Source: Myxococcota bacterium (GTDB lineage Bacteria > Myxococcota_A > Polyangia > Polyangiales > Sandaracinaceae). From it: a stretch of 46,699 nt of DNA. Below are positions 1-9,911 of this stretch, one piece after another. The first letter of the stretch is position 1. Every line of letters begins with the position of its first letter. The stretch lies in contig JAYZQJ010000249.1 in NCBI GenBank assembly GCA_036149055.1, forward strand, positions 1 to 46,699, given 5' to 3'. The position numbers and the translations under genes were made by a program. The notes beneath the pieces are model-generated. The model had not been told where the DNA came from and did no database searches. It worked only from the letters and a program-made list of their open reading frames with translations.

Positions 1-1105
1 CCCCTCAGTCCCTCCCCCTCAGCCCCTTGGATGACTCCCTACTCCCGGGAAGCGAGGAAGGTCGGAAGGGAGGAAGAAGAGGAAATGGGGCACGGCTCGG
101 CGGCTCGCCGGCTTCTGGCTATCGCTACGCGCTTGGCCGCTCCCCGAACAGGGAGATGGGAGGGGGGAGGCGAGGAGGAACAGGGGCAGGCCAAGCGGCC
201 CCGGCGCGCGCAGCGCGCGGACCCGGCGGCCAGCCGCCATCCCGCAGCCCACTACCCCGTCGCGCAGCGACACTCTCCTCGCCTCCTGTCTCCCCTCTCC
301 CTCTACTGCCTCTCTCCTCCGGGCTTGGCGATCGCGACGCGCTCGGCCGCTCCCTACTCCCGGGAAGCGAGGAAGGTTGGAAGGGAGGAAGAAGAAGAGG
401 AAATGGGGCACGGCTCGGCGGCTCGCCGGCTTTTGGCTATCGCGACGCGCTCGGCCGCTCCCCTATCAGGGAGATGGGAGGGGGGAGGCGAGGAGGAACA
501 GGGGCGGGCCAAGCGGCCCCGACGGCGCGCGCAGCGCGGGCACCCGGCGGCCAGCCGCCATCCCGCAGCCCACCACCCCGTCGCGCGGCGACACTCTCCT
601 CGCCTCCCATCTCCCCTCTCCCTGCTTTGCCGACCTTTGGCGATCGCCCGCCCTAGCTCCTCGCTTCCGTCCTTCCTCGCTTCCTGCGAGTAGGAGCGGA
701 CGAAAGGGTGGCTGGCCGGGATTGGCGATCGCGACGCGCTCGGCCGCTCCCTCATCAGGGAGATGGGAGGAGGGAGGCGAGGAGGAATGGGGGCGGGCCA
801 CGGGGCCCCGGTCGGCGCGCGCAGCGCGGGCACCCGGCGGCCAGCCGCCATCCCGCAGCCCACTACCCCGTCGCGCAGCGACACTCTCCTCGCCTCCCAT
901 CTCCCCTCTCCCTGCTTTGCCGACATTCGGCGATCGCTCGCCCCAGCTCCTCGCTTCCGTCCTTCCTCGCTTCCTGCGAGTAGGAGCGGACGAAAGGGTG
1001 GCAGCCGGGACGGGATTGGCGATCGCTCGCCCCAGCTCCTCGCTTCCGTCCTTCCTCGCTTCCAGCGAGTAGGGAGGGGACGAGAGGGTGGCAGCCGGGA
1101 CGGGA
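1..1105. repeat. Composite REP/BIME-like array of modular inverted repeats (arm A, arm B, linker, core); probably continues left of the window
   Basis: Arm A-left CTACTCCCGGGAAGCGAGGAAGGT(C/T)GGAAGGGAGGAA at 39-75 and 354-390; its near reverse complement at 657-693, 947-983 and 1036-1072. Arm B-left CAGGGAGATGGGAGG(G/A)GGGAGGCGAGGAG at 149, 467 and 756; B-right CTCCTCGCCTCCCATCTCCCCTCTCCCTG-like at 275, 596 and 886. Linker TTGGCGATCGCGACGCGCTCGGCCGCTCCC at about 115, 325, 433 and 722. Confidence 0.9.
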
Positions 1106-2779
1106 TCAGTGGGCGCGGGAGCCGGGGGTCTCGCCGTGGATGTAGAGCCAGGTGCCGGGCTCTTCTTCGGTGGGGTAGGAGCCGTGCCAGCCCTCGGGGA
1201 CCTGGGGGTCGCTCCAGTTGAAGACCCACTGGGCGTCGCGGGGCGCGAGGTTCACGCAGCCGTGGCTGCGGGGGAAGCCGAAGGCGCGGTGCCAGAAGGC
1301 GCCGTGGAGGGCGTAGGCGAGCTGGAAGTACATGACCCACGGCACGTCGTCGATGGAGTACGGGCCGTCGGCGGCGGTGTCGCCGTCCATGGTGGCGGCG
1401 AGGTGCTTGGCCCGGATCCGGAACATGCCGGTCGGGGTGAGGAAGTCCGCCTCCGGGTCGTCGGGGTGGAAGGCGCGGCCGCTCGAGATGAGGGTGACGT
1501 AGACCGGGATCTCACCCTCGTAGGCGATGAGGTACTGGTCGGTCAGGTTGACCTCGATCCACTTCTCGCCCGGCTCGACCTGCTCCGGGGGCTCGCGCGG
1601 CTCGATGCGGCGCACGTCCTGCTCGCGGAACATGCGGTCGTCGGCGGTGAGGAAGTAGCGCGTGTTGCCGACGTTGGACTCGCCGACGATGTGGATGCGC
1701 TCCTGGAAGTCGGCGGTGCCGGCGCGGCGCGGGCGGCCGCTGTCGGTGGCGACGTAGTAGGCCTCGTTCCGGCCCATGATGTAGCCGATCGGCGCCTGGG
1801 CGACGTCGTCGATGCGGGTGCCGCGGAACTCGGGGTAGCTCACCGAGGCCACCGAGCGGTAGGGCACGAAGCCGTTGTTGATGGTGCGCCAGTAGCGGCG
1901 GTTGTACTGGCCGGCCCGGAAGTCGCGGTCGAGCGACACGATGAAGCCGTTGACGAGGCGGCGGAGCAGCGCCGAGTCGGCCTCTCCCTGCAGCGAGGCG
2001 AGCGTGACCGGCTCCTCCTCCTCCTCTTCCTCTCCCTCGGCGGCATCGCCGGCTCCGGCGGCCGGCTGGGCGGCGGCGGGCTCCGCGGCCGCCTGGGTGG
2101 CCGTCGCGGCGGGCTGGGCGGGCTGGGCGGCCGGCGAAGGGGCGCCCTCACCCGCAGGTGCGGCCGCGGCCGTCGCCTCGGCGCCCTCCCCGGCCGGCGC
2201 CGGCGGCGGCTCCTGACCCGGGATGCGGAATCCTTCGAACTGCTGGGCGTCCTCGTCCGTCGGGAGGCGACGATACATGGGCGTGTTGTTCCCGCGCGTG
2301 CGGCCATATCGGTAAGGCAGCGGGGCCGTGCGGTCCGGCTGCTCACCGCGCACCTCCGGGAGCCGGCGCCCCCAGAACGCGATCACGTCACGACCATTGC
2401 AGACGAAGCCTCCCGTCGTAAGCTCGTACCAGCCGCCCCGGCAGCGCGGATCGTCCGTGCGCACGGGCTCCGCGGTCGTCGCCATGAGCACCGCACCCGC
2501 GCGCAGGTATCCGACTCGGAAGGCATCGCGGTCCGGACGCACGCGGACCTTGCTGACGAACCGCTTGGCGAAGATCCGGGCCGGCGGTCGGGGCGGGCCG
2601 GCGTCGTGACCCGAGTCGACCCCCGAGTCCTCCGGCTCCTCCTCCGCGGGCGGCTGCGCCTCGATGGCCGGCGTGGCCGTCGTCTCCTCTTCGGGCTCCT
2701 CCTCGCCGCAGCCGACGGCGGCGATCGCCGCGAGGGCGAGGACGAAGGAGAGGTTCGGGGTTCGAGAACTGCCGCGCAT
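1106..2779 (-). CDS. L,D-transpeptidase (YkuD domain) lipoprotein
   Basis: C-terminal WIEVNLTDQYLIAYEG...ALHGAFWH...SHGCVNL catalytic His/Cys motif. N-terminal signal with lipobox AVGC from ATG 2779. Confidence 0.9.
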   Translation of the reverse strand: MRGSSRTPNLSFVLALAAIAAVGCGEEEPEEETTATPAIEAQPPAEEEPEDSGVDSGHDAGPPRPPARIFAKRFVSKVRVRPDRDAFRVGYLRAGAVLMATTAEPVRTDDPRCRGGWYELTTGGFVCNGRDVIAFWGRRLPEVRGEQPDRTAPLPYRYGRTRGNNTPMYRRLPTDEDAQQFEGFRIPGQEPPPAPAGEGAEATAAAAPAGEGAPSPAAQPAQPAATATQAAAEPAAAQPAAGAGDAAEGEEEEEEEPVTLASLQGEADSALLRRLVNGFIVSLDRDFRAGQYNRRYWRTINNGFVPYRSVASVSYPEFRGTRIDDVAQAPIGYIMGRNEAYYVATDSGRPRRAGTADFQERIHIVGESNVGNTRYFLTADDRMFREQDVRRIEPREPPEQVEPGEKWIEVNLTDQYLIAYEGEIPVYVTLISSGRAFHPDDPEADFLTPTGMFRIRAKHLAATMDGDTAADGPYSIDDVPWVMYFQLAYALHGAFWHRAFGFPRSHGCVNLAPRDAQWVFNWSDPQVPEGWHGSYPTEEEPGTWLYIHGETPGSRAH

Positions 2780-2853
2780 CGCATCCGCTCCAGCCACGGG
2801 GGGGTTGCCTGGGATGACGCGTGGGTCCGGGTCCGTCAACCCGTGAGGGCCGC

Positions 2854-4224
2854 GTGAATCGCGAGACTCGGGCGCTGATCTTCGGCTGGGTGCTGTCGGT
2901 GGGGCTCCACGCCTCGCTCATCGGCTACGTCTACTGGGCCACCACCGCGCCGGAGCTCGGCTTCGAGTTCACGCTCCCGATGGAGGTCGAGCTCGGCATG
3001 ACCGACGCCGTGTCGGTGACCGAAGGCGCGAGCGGCGCCGCCGCCGAGGCCGAGGCCGCCGCGGCGGAGGGCGACGAAGGGGAAGGCGTCGGCGCCGACG
3101 GCGGGGTGCCGGACGCGGGCGCGCCGGACGCCGGACCGCCCGACGCCGGCCGCAGGCGGCGCAGGGACGCCGGACCGCCCCAGGTCGCCGAGGCGGACGA
3201 CGAGGGCGAGGGCGCCGGCGACGAGGGCGAAGGCGCGGGCGACACCGACGGCGAGGGTCGCGGCGTGGCGTTCCTGCCCGCCGGCTCCCAGATCGCGCTG
3301 CGGATGGACGTCGGGCGGATCCGCCGCTCGCCGCTCGCCGGGGACGTCCGGGCCCTGATCGCCGCCATCCCGGACTGGACGGCGATGCTCGACGGCAGCG
3401 GCATCGATCCGCTCGACGATCTGGATCGTGTGCTGATCGCGACGCCCAACCTGCAGCGCTCGCGCCTGATCATCGCCGGGCGCGCCACCGCGGACGCCGA
3501 CGCGATCCGCGCGGCCGCCACCCGCCTCGCGAGCGCCGCCGGGACCCCGATCGCCTGGGAGCAGCGCCACGGCGTGGAGGTCGCGCCCTGGCGCTCGCGG
3601 GACGACACCGAGCGCGTGATCGCCATCATCGGCCCCCGACACTTCATCATCTCGCGGCCCCAGGACCTGCCGCGGGTGCTCGCGGTGGCCCGGAACCGCT
3701 CGGCCGAGACCGAGGAGGAGGAGCACTTCGCCGACGCCCTCCTGTCGATGGAGGAGGGCGAGGGCCTGAGCCTCGAGGTCGAGGGGGCCCGCAACTTCGC
3801 GCGCAACAGCCCGCGCCGACAGGGGCCGATCGAGATGGTCCCGCTCGCGCTCCGGCTCGCGCTCAGCGAGGAGGCCGACCAGCGGGTCGCCGCCCGCAGC
3901 CGCTGGCGGTACGAGGGCGAGACGCAGGCCGAAGAGGCCGCCGGCTACTGGGACCGCATGCGCGAGGGCTACGGGCGCAACCCGGTGGTCGCGTTCATGG
4001 GCATCGGCGGCATCCTCCAGCGGGCGACCATCGAGCCGGAGGGCGATCACTTCGAGGGCAACGTGGACATGCAGATGACCGAGCTCGGTCGATTGCTCGG
4101 CCTGGCCCGCGGCATCTTCCAGGACCGCGCCCGCGCGCGGCAGGGCACCTCGGCGCCGCCCGCGCCCGCGCCGCCCTCTCCGGGGCCTTCGGGCCCGCGT
4201 CCTCCCCCGTCGCCGTTCGAATAG
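2854..4224 (+). CDS. Hypothetical membrane-anchored protein with DAG-rich acidic linker
   Basis: Long ORF with protein-like composition, N-terminal hydrophobic helix (LIFGWVLSVGLHASLIGYVYW), low-complexity linker, then globular domain. GTG 2854 start is a best guess. Confidence 0.75.
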   Translation: MNRETRALIFGWVLSVGLHASLIGYVYWATTAPELGFEFTLPMEVELGMTDAVSVTEGASGAAAEAEAAAAEGDEGEGVGADGGVPDAGAPDAGPPDAGRRRRRDAGPPQVAEADDEGEGAGDEGEGAGDTDGEGRGVAFLPAGSQIALRMDVGRIRRSPLAGDVRALIAAIPDWTAMLDGSGIDPLDDLDRVLIATPNLQRSRLIIAGRATADADAIRAAATRLASAAGTPIAWEQRHGVEVAPWRSRDDTERVIAIIGPRHFIISRPQDLPRVLAVARNRSAETEEEEHFADALLSMEEGEGLSLEVEGARNFARNSPRRQGPIEMVPLALRLALSEEADQRVAARSRWRYEGETQAEEAAGYWDRMREGYGRNPVVAFMGIGGILQRATIEPEGDHFEGNVDMQMTELGRLLGLARGIFQDRARARQGTSAPPAPAPPSPGPSGPRPPPSPFE

Positions 4225-4257
4225 AAAACGCCGCCTCCGAGCGGGTCGAAGGCGGCG
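4225..4257 (-). terminator. Intrinsic terminator for the HU gene (between convergent genes)
   Basis: CGCCGCCT (4229-4236) / AGGCGGCG (4250-4257) stem with AAAA at 4225-4228, a U-tract on the minus strand. Confidence 0.6.
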
Positions 4258-4281
4258 CCATCTGGAACGAGCGTTCGGAGG

Positions 4282-4593
4282 CTAGAGGACGAGGTCCTTG
4301 AGCTTCTTCAGGGGCGTCGCGCGCAGCTTCTTGGTGGCCGGCTTGTCGACGTACTTGATCTCGCCCGTGTTCGGGATGCGGACCTTCTTGTTCTTCTGCG
4401 CCGGGACCTTGCGGACCTTGAGCTTCAGCATGTCCGGGATCACGAACTCGCCCGGGCCGCGGCGGCCCAGCTCGCGCTTGATGATCGCCTGCAGCGCCTC
4501 GAAGACGCCGCCGACCTGCTTCTTGGTCAGGTCGGTGCGCTCGGCGAGCTCACTCATGATGGCCGCCTTGGTCATCCGCTTGCCAGTGGTCAT
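4282..4593 (-). CDS. HU/IHF-family (DNABII) DNA-binding protein
   Basis: MTKAAIMSELAERTDLTKKQV...GEFVIPDMLKLKVRKVPA...RIPNTGE...KPATKKLRATPLKKLKD. GGAGG RBS upstream of ATG 4593. Confidence 0.9.
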   Translation of the reverse strand: MTTGKRMTKAAIMSELAERTDLTKKQVGGVFEALQAIIKRELGRRGPGEFVIPDMLKLKVRKVPAQKNKKVRIPNTGEIKYVDKPATKKLRATPLKKLKDLVL

Positions 4594-4829
4594 GAATCTT
4601 CCTCCCTGGAATGGACTTGTTGCGTCCTGCCCCCATCGTCCGCGAAGCAACAGCGCCTCGGGACAGATCGCAGAAAGCCCCACTACACAGGGCTCTGCAC
4701 ACACTGACGGCGCTTATGCCCCGCGAATTTCGGGCTGACAAGCCCCTACTGGCCAAAAACGCCCGAATTCGTACGTCGGAACGGCCCCCGGAGCGCTCCG
4801 GGAGAGGTCCCTCCCCGATCGCGATCGGA

Positions 4830-5264
4830 TCACGACGCGGCGGCGACGAGGGCGTCGGTCCGGGCGCTCATGCGGCGCTCTTCGTCGTCGGTCTGGTGGT
4901 CGTAGCCCAGCAGATGCAGCAGCCCGTGCGCGAGCAGGAAGGTCACCTCGTAGACGATCGTGCGCCCGCGCTCGGCCGCCTGGCGCCGCGCGGTGTCGAG
5001 CGAGATCACCACGTCGCCGAGCAATTCCTGGTGGAGCGCCGGGCCCTCCCCCTCGCGCATCGCGAACGCGAGCACGTCGGTCGGCCGGTCCTTGCCGCGG
5101 TAGTCGCGGTTGAGCGCCCAGATCGTCTCGTCGTCGCAGAGCAGGATCGACAGCTCCGCGTCGGGCATGCGGAGGGCCGCCAGCATGCGCTCGGCGCGCT
5201 CGCGGACCTTGGGCCCGCGGACCGGCGGGTTCTTCAGCCCCCGCGTCTGTACATGCACGCCCAC
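4830..5264 (-). CDS. ybeY: rRNA maturation endoribonuclease YbeY
   Basis: LNRDYRGKDRPTDVLAF, LGDVVIS and HGLLHLLGYDH motifs. Confidence 0.96.
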   Translation of the reverse strand: MGVHVQTRGLKNPPVRGPKVRERAERMLAALRMPDAELSILLCDDETIWALNRDYRGKDRPTDVLAFAMREGEGPALHQELLGDVVISLDTARRQAAERGRTIVYEVTFLLAHGLLHLLGYDHQTDDEERRMSARTDALVAAAS

Positions 5265-5338
5265 GTGAGCCGCACCATGCCGCCCCTTTGCGCCGGGTCA
5301 AGCTGCGCTATGGTTGCGGCCTTTCCGCGGGAGCCCGA

Positions 5339-6676
5339 GTGTTCGAACGCATCCTGATCGCGAACCGTGGCGAGGTCGCCACCCGCGTGGCGCGCACCTG
5401 CCGCCGCCTCGGCATCGAGACCGTCGGCGTGAGCGTCGCGTCCGAGGAGGGCGCCCTCCACGTCGAGGCGTGCGACGAGCACGTCACCGTCGGCGAGGAC
5501 GCCTCGGGCTACCGCGACGTCGCGGCCATGGTGAAGGCGGCCAAGGAGGCGGGCGTGCACGCCGTGCATCCGGGCTACGGCCTGCTCGCCGACGAGCCGG
5601 AGTTCGCCCAGGCGGTCGAGTCCGAGGGGCTCGTCTTCGTCGGCCCGGCGGCGGAGCGCTTCGAGGCGGCGCGCGATCGCCTCGCGGTGCGCTCGGTCGC
5701 GCGGGAGTGCGGCGTGCGCCTGCTCGACGGCAGCGAGCGCCCCATCCTCGAGCCGAACGAGGCCCTGCCCGACGTGGATCGGCTGGGATACGCGGTCGTG
5801 GTCAAGCCGGTCCGCGGGGTCGGCGAGCCGCCGGATCTGCCGATCGCGCCCGACGTCGCCGGGCTGCACGAGGCGCTCCAGTCGCTCGAGCCGCTCGCCG
5901 AGCACCGCGGCGCCTACCTCGAGCGCTACGTGGATCGCGCGCGACACATCGAGGTGCAGGTCATCTTCGACGGCGAGGAGGCCCTGGTGCTCTGCGACCG
6001 CGAGGTCAGCCTGCGGCGCGGCACCCACCGGCTGCTCTCGGAGTCGCCCGCCCCCGCCCTGAACCAGCTGCACCACCGGGACGCGGTGCGCGGCGCCATC
6101 TGGGACGCGGCGGCGGAGATCACCACCCGGCTGGGCTGCCGGGGGCTCGCGAGCTGCCACTTCGTGCTCGACTCGGACGACGTCTTCTACTTCGTCGGCT
6201 TCACCCCGGGCCTGCAGCTCGAGCACCCGACGGCCGAGATGTGCACCGGCCTCGACCTCGTCGAGATGCAGCTGCGGCTCGCGGTCGGCGAGAGCATGCC
6301 GCCCGAGGTCACCCGGGCCGAGGCCACCGGCGCCTCGCTCCAGGCGCGCATCGAGGCGTCCTCGGACCCGAGCACGGGCCGGCCGTTCGAGAGCCGCGTC
6401 GAGTCGGCTCGCTGGCCTCCGGCGCCCCAGGGCAAGGTCCGGATCGAGACCGGCGTGCGGCACGGCACCCGGGTCTCGCCCGAGCACGCGCCGACCGTGG
6501 CGACCGTCACCACCTACGCGCCGAACCGCCACGACGCCCTGCTGATGCTCGACCGCATCCTCGCCGAGATCCACCTCGCGCCCCTGGTCACCAACCTCCG
6601 TCTGCTGCGCAAGGCGTTGAACCACGAGTCGCTCCGCGCCGGTCAGTACGACGAAGGGTTCCTCGACCGCATCTGA
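5339..6676 (+). CDS. Biotin carboxylase-like protein, catalytically degenerate
   Basis: RILIANRGEVA, VHPGYG, RHIEVQV, ESPAP, LQLEHP and GLDLVEMQLRLA match the AccC fold. The Gly-rich ATP loop and the EMNTR motif are replaced. No biotin-carrier domain. Confidence 0.85.
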   Translation: MFERILIANRGEVATRVARTCRRLGIETVGVSVASEEGALHVEACDEHVTVGEDASGYRDVAAMVKAAKEAGVHAVHPGYGLLADEPEFAQAVESEGLVFVGPAAERFEAARDRLAVRSVARECGVRLLDGSERPILEPNEALPDVDRLGYAVVVKPVRGVGEPPDLPIAPDVAGLHEALQSLEPLAEHRGAYLERYVDRARHIEVQVIFDGEEALVLCDREVSLRRGTHRLLSESPAPALNQLHHRDAVRGAIWDAAAEITTRLGCRGLASCHFVLDSDDVFYFVGFTPGLQLEHPTAEMCTGLDLVEMQLRLAVGESMPPEVTRAEATGASLQARIEASSDPSTGRPFESRVESARWPPAPQGKVRIETGVRHGTRVSPEHAPTVATVTTYAPNRHDALLMLDRILAEIHLAPLVTNLRLLRKALNHESLRAGQYDEGFLDRI

Positions 6677-6702
6677 CGCGTGGTACGTTCGGGCGGACGC
6701 GC

Positions 6703-7389
6703 ATGGGGAGAGAGGCGCCCGAGATCCGGCTGATCCGCGAGACGCTCGAGGGGGTTCTGCACCCCTCGACCGCGTCGACGGTCTTCTTCGAGGCCCTGCA
6801 GGACGCGGGCGGCACCCTCCCCACCGAGCACCGCGACGTGCTGGCGCTGGTGCGCGGGCCCCTGAAGACCCGGCTGACCGAGCGGGTCGGCCAGGCGGAC
6901 GCGAGCGCGATGCTCGGGCAGCTCGAGGCGATGCTGGCGACGATCGCGCCGGAGCGAGCGCCGCGGAAGCGGCCGAGCCGCCACGACGAGCAGACCCGCA
7001 ACCTGGTCATCAGCGACGAGGTCCTGCCCATCTTCGTGCTCTCGAGCGGGCGAGAGCTGTCCGAGCAGCTCAAGGCCGCGCTCGGCCCGGCGGTGATGAG
7101 CGCGGTCCCGGCCGAGGATCAGGGCCAGCTCGAGACGCGGCTCTCCCAGATCGCGCCGGCGATGGTGCTGATCGACGCCGCGAGCTTCCCGGCCATCGAG
7201 CCCGAGATCCTGGTCGACCTGCTCGCGCCGCTGAGCCCCGACGTCGTCAAGGCGCTGTGGGGCGCGGACCTGCCGTACGGGCAGGGGGTGATGGACGCGG
7301 CCCAGCGACGCGGCGTGGGCGTGACGCCCTTCGACCGCGCGGAGGGCGCCGCGCCCATCATCGACGTGATCCGCTCACGCCGCGCCTAG
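6703..7389 (+). CDS. Hypothetical protein with C-terminal atypical receiver (CheY-like) domain
   Basis: ATG 6703, 26 nt after the upstream stop. The C-terminal half has receiver-like alternation (IFVLSS..ELSEQLKAAL..APAMVLIDA..) but lacks the acidic pocket and the Lys-Pro motif. Confidence 0.6.
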   Translation: MGREAPEIRLIRETLEGVLHPSTASTVFFEALQDAGGTLPTEHRDVLALVRGPLKTRLTERVGQADASAMLGQLEAMLATIAPERAPRKRPSRHDEQTRNLVISDEVLPIFVLSSGRELSEQLKAALGPAVMSAVPAEDQGQLETRLSQIAPAMVLIDAASFPAIEPEILVDLLAPLSPDVVKALWGADLPYGQGVMDAAQRRGVGVTPFDRAEGAAPIIDVIRSRRA

Positions 7390-7394
7390 CGACT

Positions 7395-8675
<1,281 letters not shown>

Positions 8676-8699
8676 CTACGGGGTGGGTCGTCTGGCGCC

Positions 8700-8728
8700 T
8701 AGGTAGTGGCCGCCGGAGGGGGTGTCAA
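8700..8728 (-). promoter_or_regulatory. Putative sigma70-type promoter of eno
   Basis: TTGACA (8728-8723), 17 nt spacer, TACCTA (8705-8700). The -10 match is weak. Confidence 0.45.
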
Positions 8729-8743
8729 CGCGGCCCGGGAGGC

Positions 8744-9832
8744 TCAATGACCGAGGCCGTCCACCACCGGATCGACGCCCGCGACCGCGTGGCCGAGGTA
8801 CATGGAGCCCTCGCTCATGTCGACGTGGAAGTGGTTCCGGTGGGCGTCGTTGTAGTTGGGCGTGAGCACGATCTGGAAGATGCGCTCCGCCCACATGGTG
8901 CAGGCGATCTCCTTGAGGATCCGGTCCTTGTCGCCCGACGCGTCGATGGGGCACTCGTCGCCGCGCGCGGTGATGATCCAGTCGGTCTCGGTGCTGTAGG
9001 TGTCGTCCGAGCCGGCGAGGCCGAAGGCGTGGATGTCGATGGCGCGCGCGTAGGCGTGCTGGCTCGGGGTGCAGCTGCCGCTGTCGGGATCGCCGCCGCC
9101 GATGCAGCGGTAGTTGTAGATGCCGATGTGGATCAGCTCGTCGATGCCGTAGGGGAGGATCACCTCGGTCAGCCGCGAGAGCCGGATGGCCAGCTCGCAG
9201 TCCATCAGCATCGCGGTCGGCTCGCTGCGGCTCACGTAGCGGAAGGCGACGCCGTTGATGTACGGCTGCACGCGCACCGGGTCGGAGATGCCGCGGGTCG
9301 GGCCGGCCGCCTCCCAGTCGACGCCGAGCGCGTCGAGCATCGCGTGGCAGGAGGTGTCGGCCGGCGGCTGCACGGTGAGGGTGATCGTGTCCCGCGCCAG
9401 CTCGGCGCCCGCGGCGTCGTAGCCGATGGCCGCGATCTCTCGCGCGCCCTCCCCCCGGAACGCGTAGGTGAGCGCTCCGTCGACCACGTCGCCGAGCAGG
9501 AAGTCCCCGTCCGCCCAGACGTCCACCCGCGCCACGTCGGTCGCGGCCACCTCGAAGGTCACCCGCGCGGCCCAGTCGCCCTCGACGATCTCGTCCTGCA
9601 CGAAGACCGCGCCGTCGGCCGGCGCCTCGATGCGCACGGTGGGCTCGGCCGCGGGCGGGATCCGGGCGTCGGTGACCGGCACGCTCGCGTCGTCGCCGCC
9701 CGGGGCCTCGCGCACCCGCACCGCGCCCTCCGGCGGCGGCTCCGTCGAAGGCGAGAGATCGACCGATCGACACCCGACCGACGCAGAGAGGAGACCGGAG
9801 CAGAGCAGCACGAGGCGGATGGAGCGGAACAC
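8744..9832 (-). CDS. Lipoprotein with Ig-like region and extensin-like C-terminal domain
   Basis: GTG 9832 with AGGAG RBS; lipobox SVGC. C-terminal HIGIYNYRCI..SQHAYARAIDI..LTPNYNDAHRNHFHVD typical of the extensin-like family. Confidence 0.8.
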   Translation of the reverse strand: MFRSIRLVLLCSGLLSASVGCRSVDLSPSTEPPPEGAVRVREAPGGDDASVPVTDARIPPAAEPTVRIEAPADGAVFVQDEIVEGDWAARVTFEVAATDVARVDVWADGDFLLGDVVDGALTYAFRGEGAREIAAIGYDAAGAELARDTITLTVQPPADTSCHAMLDALGVDWEAAGPTRGISDPVRVQPYINGVAFRYVSRSEPTAMLMDCELAIRLSRLTEVILPYGIDELIHIGIYNYRCIGGGDPDSGSCTPSQHAYARAIDIHAFGLAGSDDTYSTETDWIITARGDECPIDASGDKDRILKEIACTMWAERIFQIVLTPNYNDAHRNHFHVDMSEGSMYLGHAVAGVDPVVDGLGH

Positions 9833-9911
9833 GATCTCCTGGATCTGCCGGAAGCGCGCCGCGCCTGCAAGGCGTTGCCCCCGGCCGCGGCCTCGGCGAC
9901 CCTTCGCGCCG

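Noticed and set aside
1..1105. CRISPR array
   Set aside because: Sequences between repeats are themselves repeated, repeats occur in both orientations, and no cas genes are present.
19..1340. Eight overlapping ORFs of 91-328 aa in the repeat array
   Set aside because: They are translations of the DNA repeats in several frames on both strands with no recognisable domain; treated as non-coding.
5339..6676. Calling the gene accC or a pseudogene
   Set aside because: Catalytic motifs are missing, so accC is unsupported, but the frame is intact and full length, so pseudogene is also unsupported.
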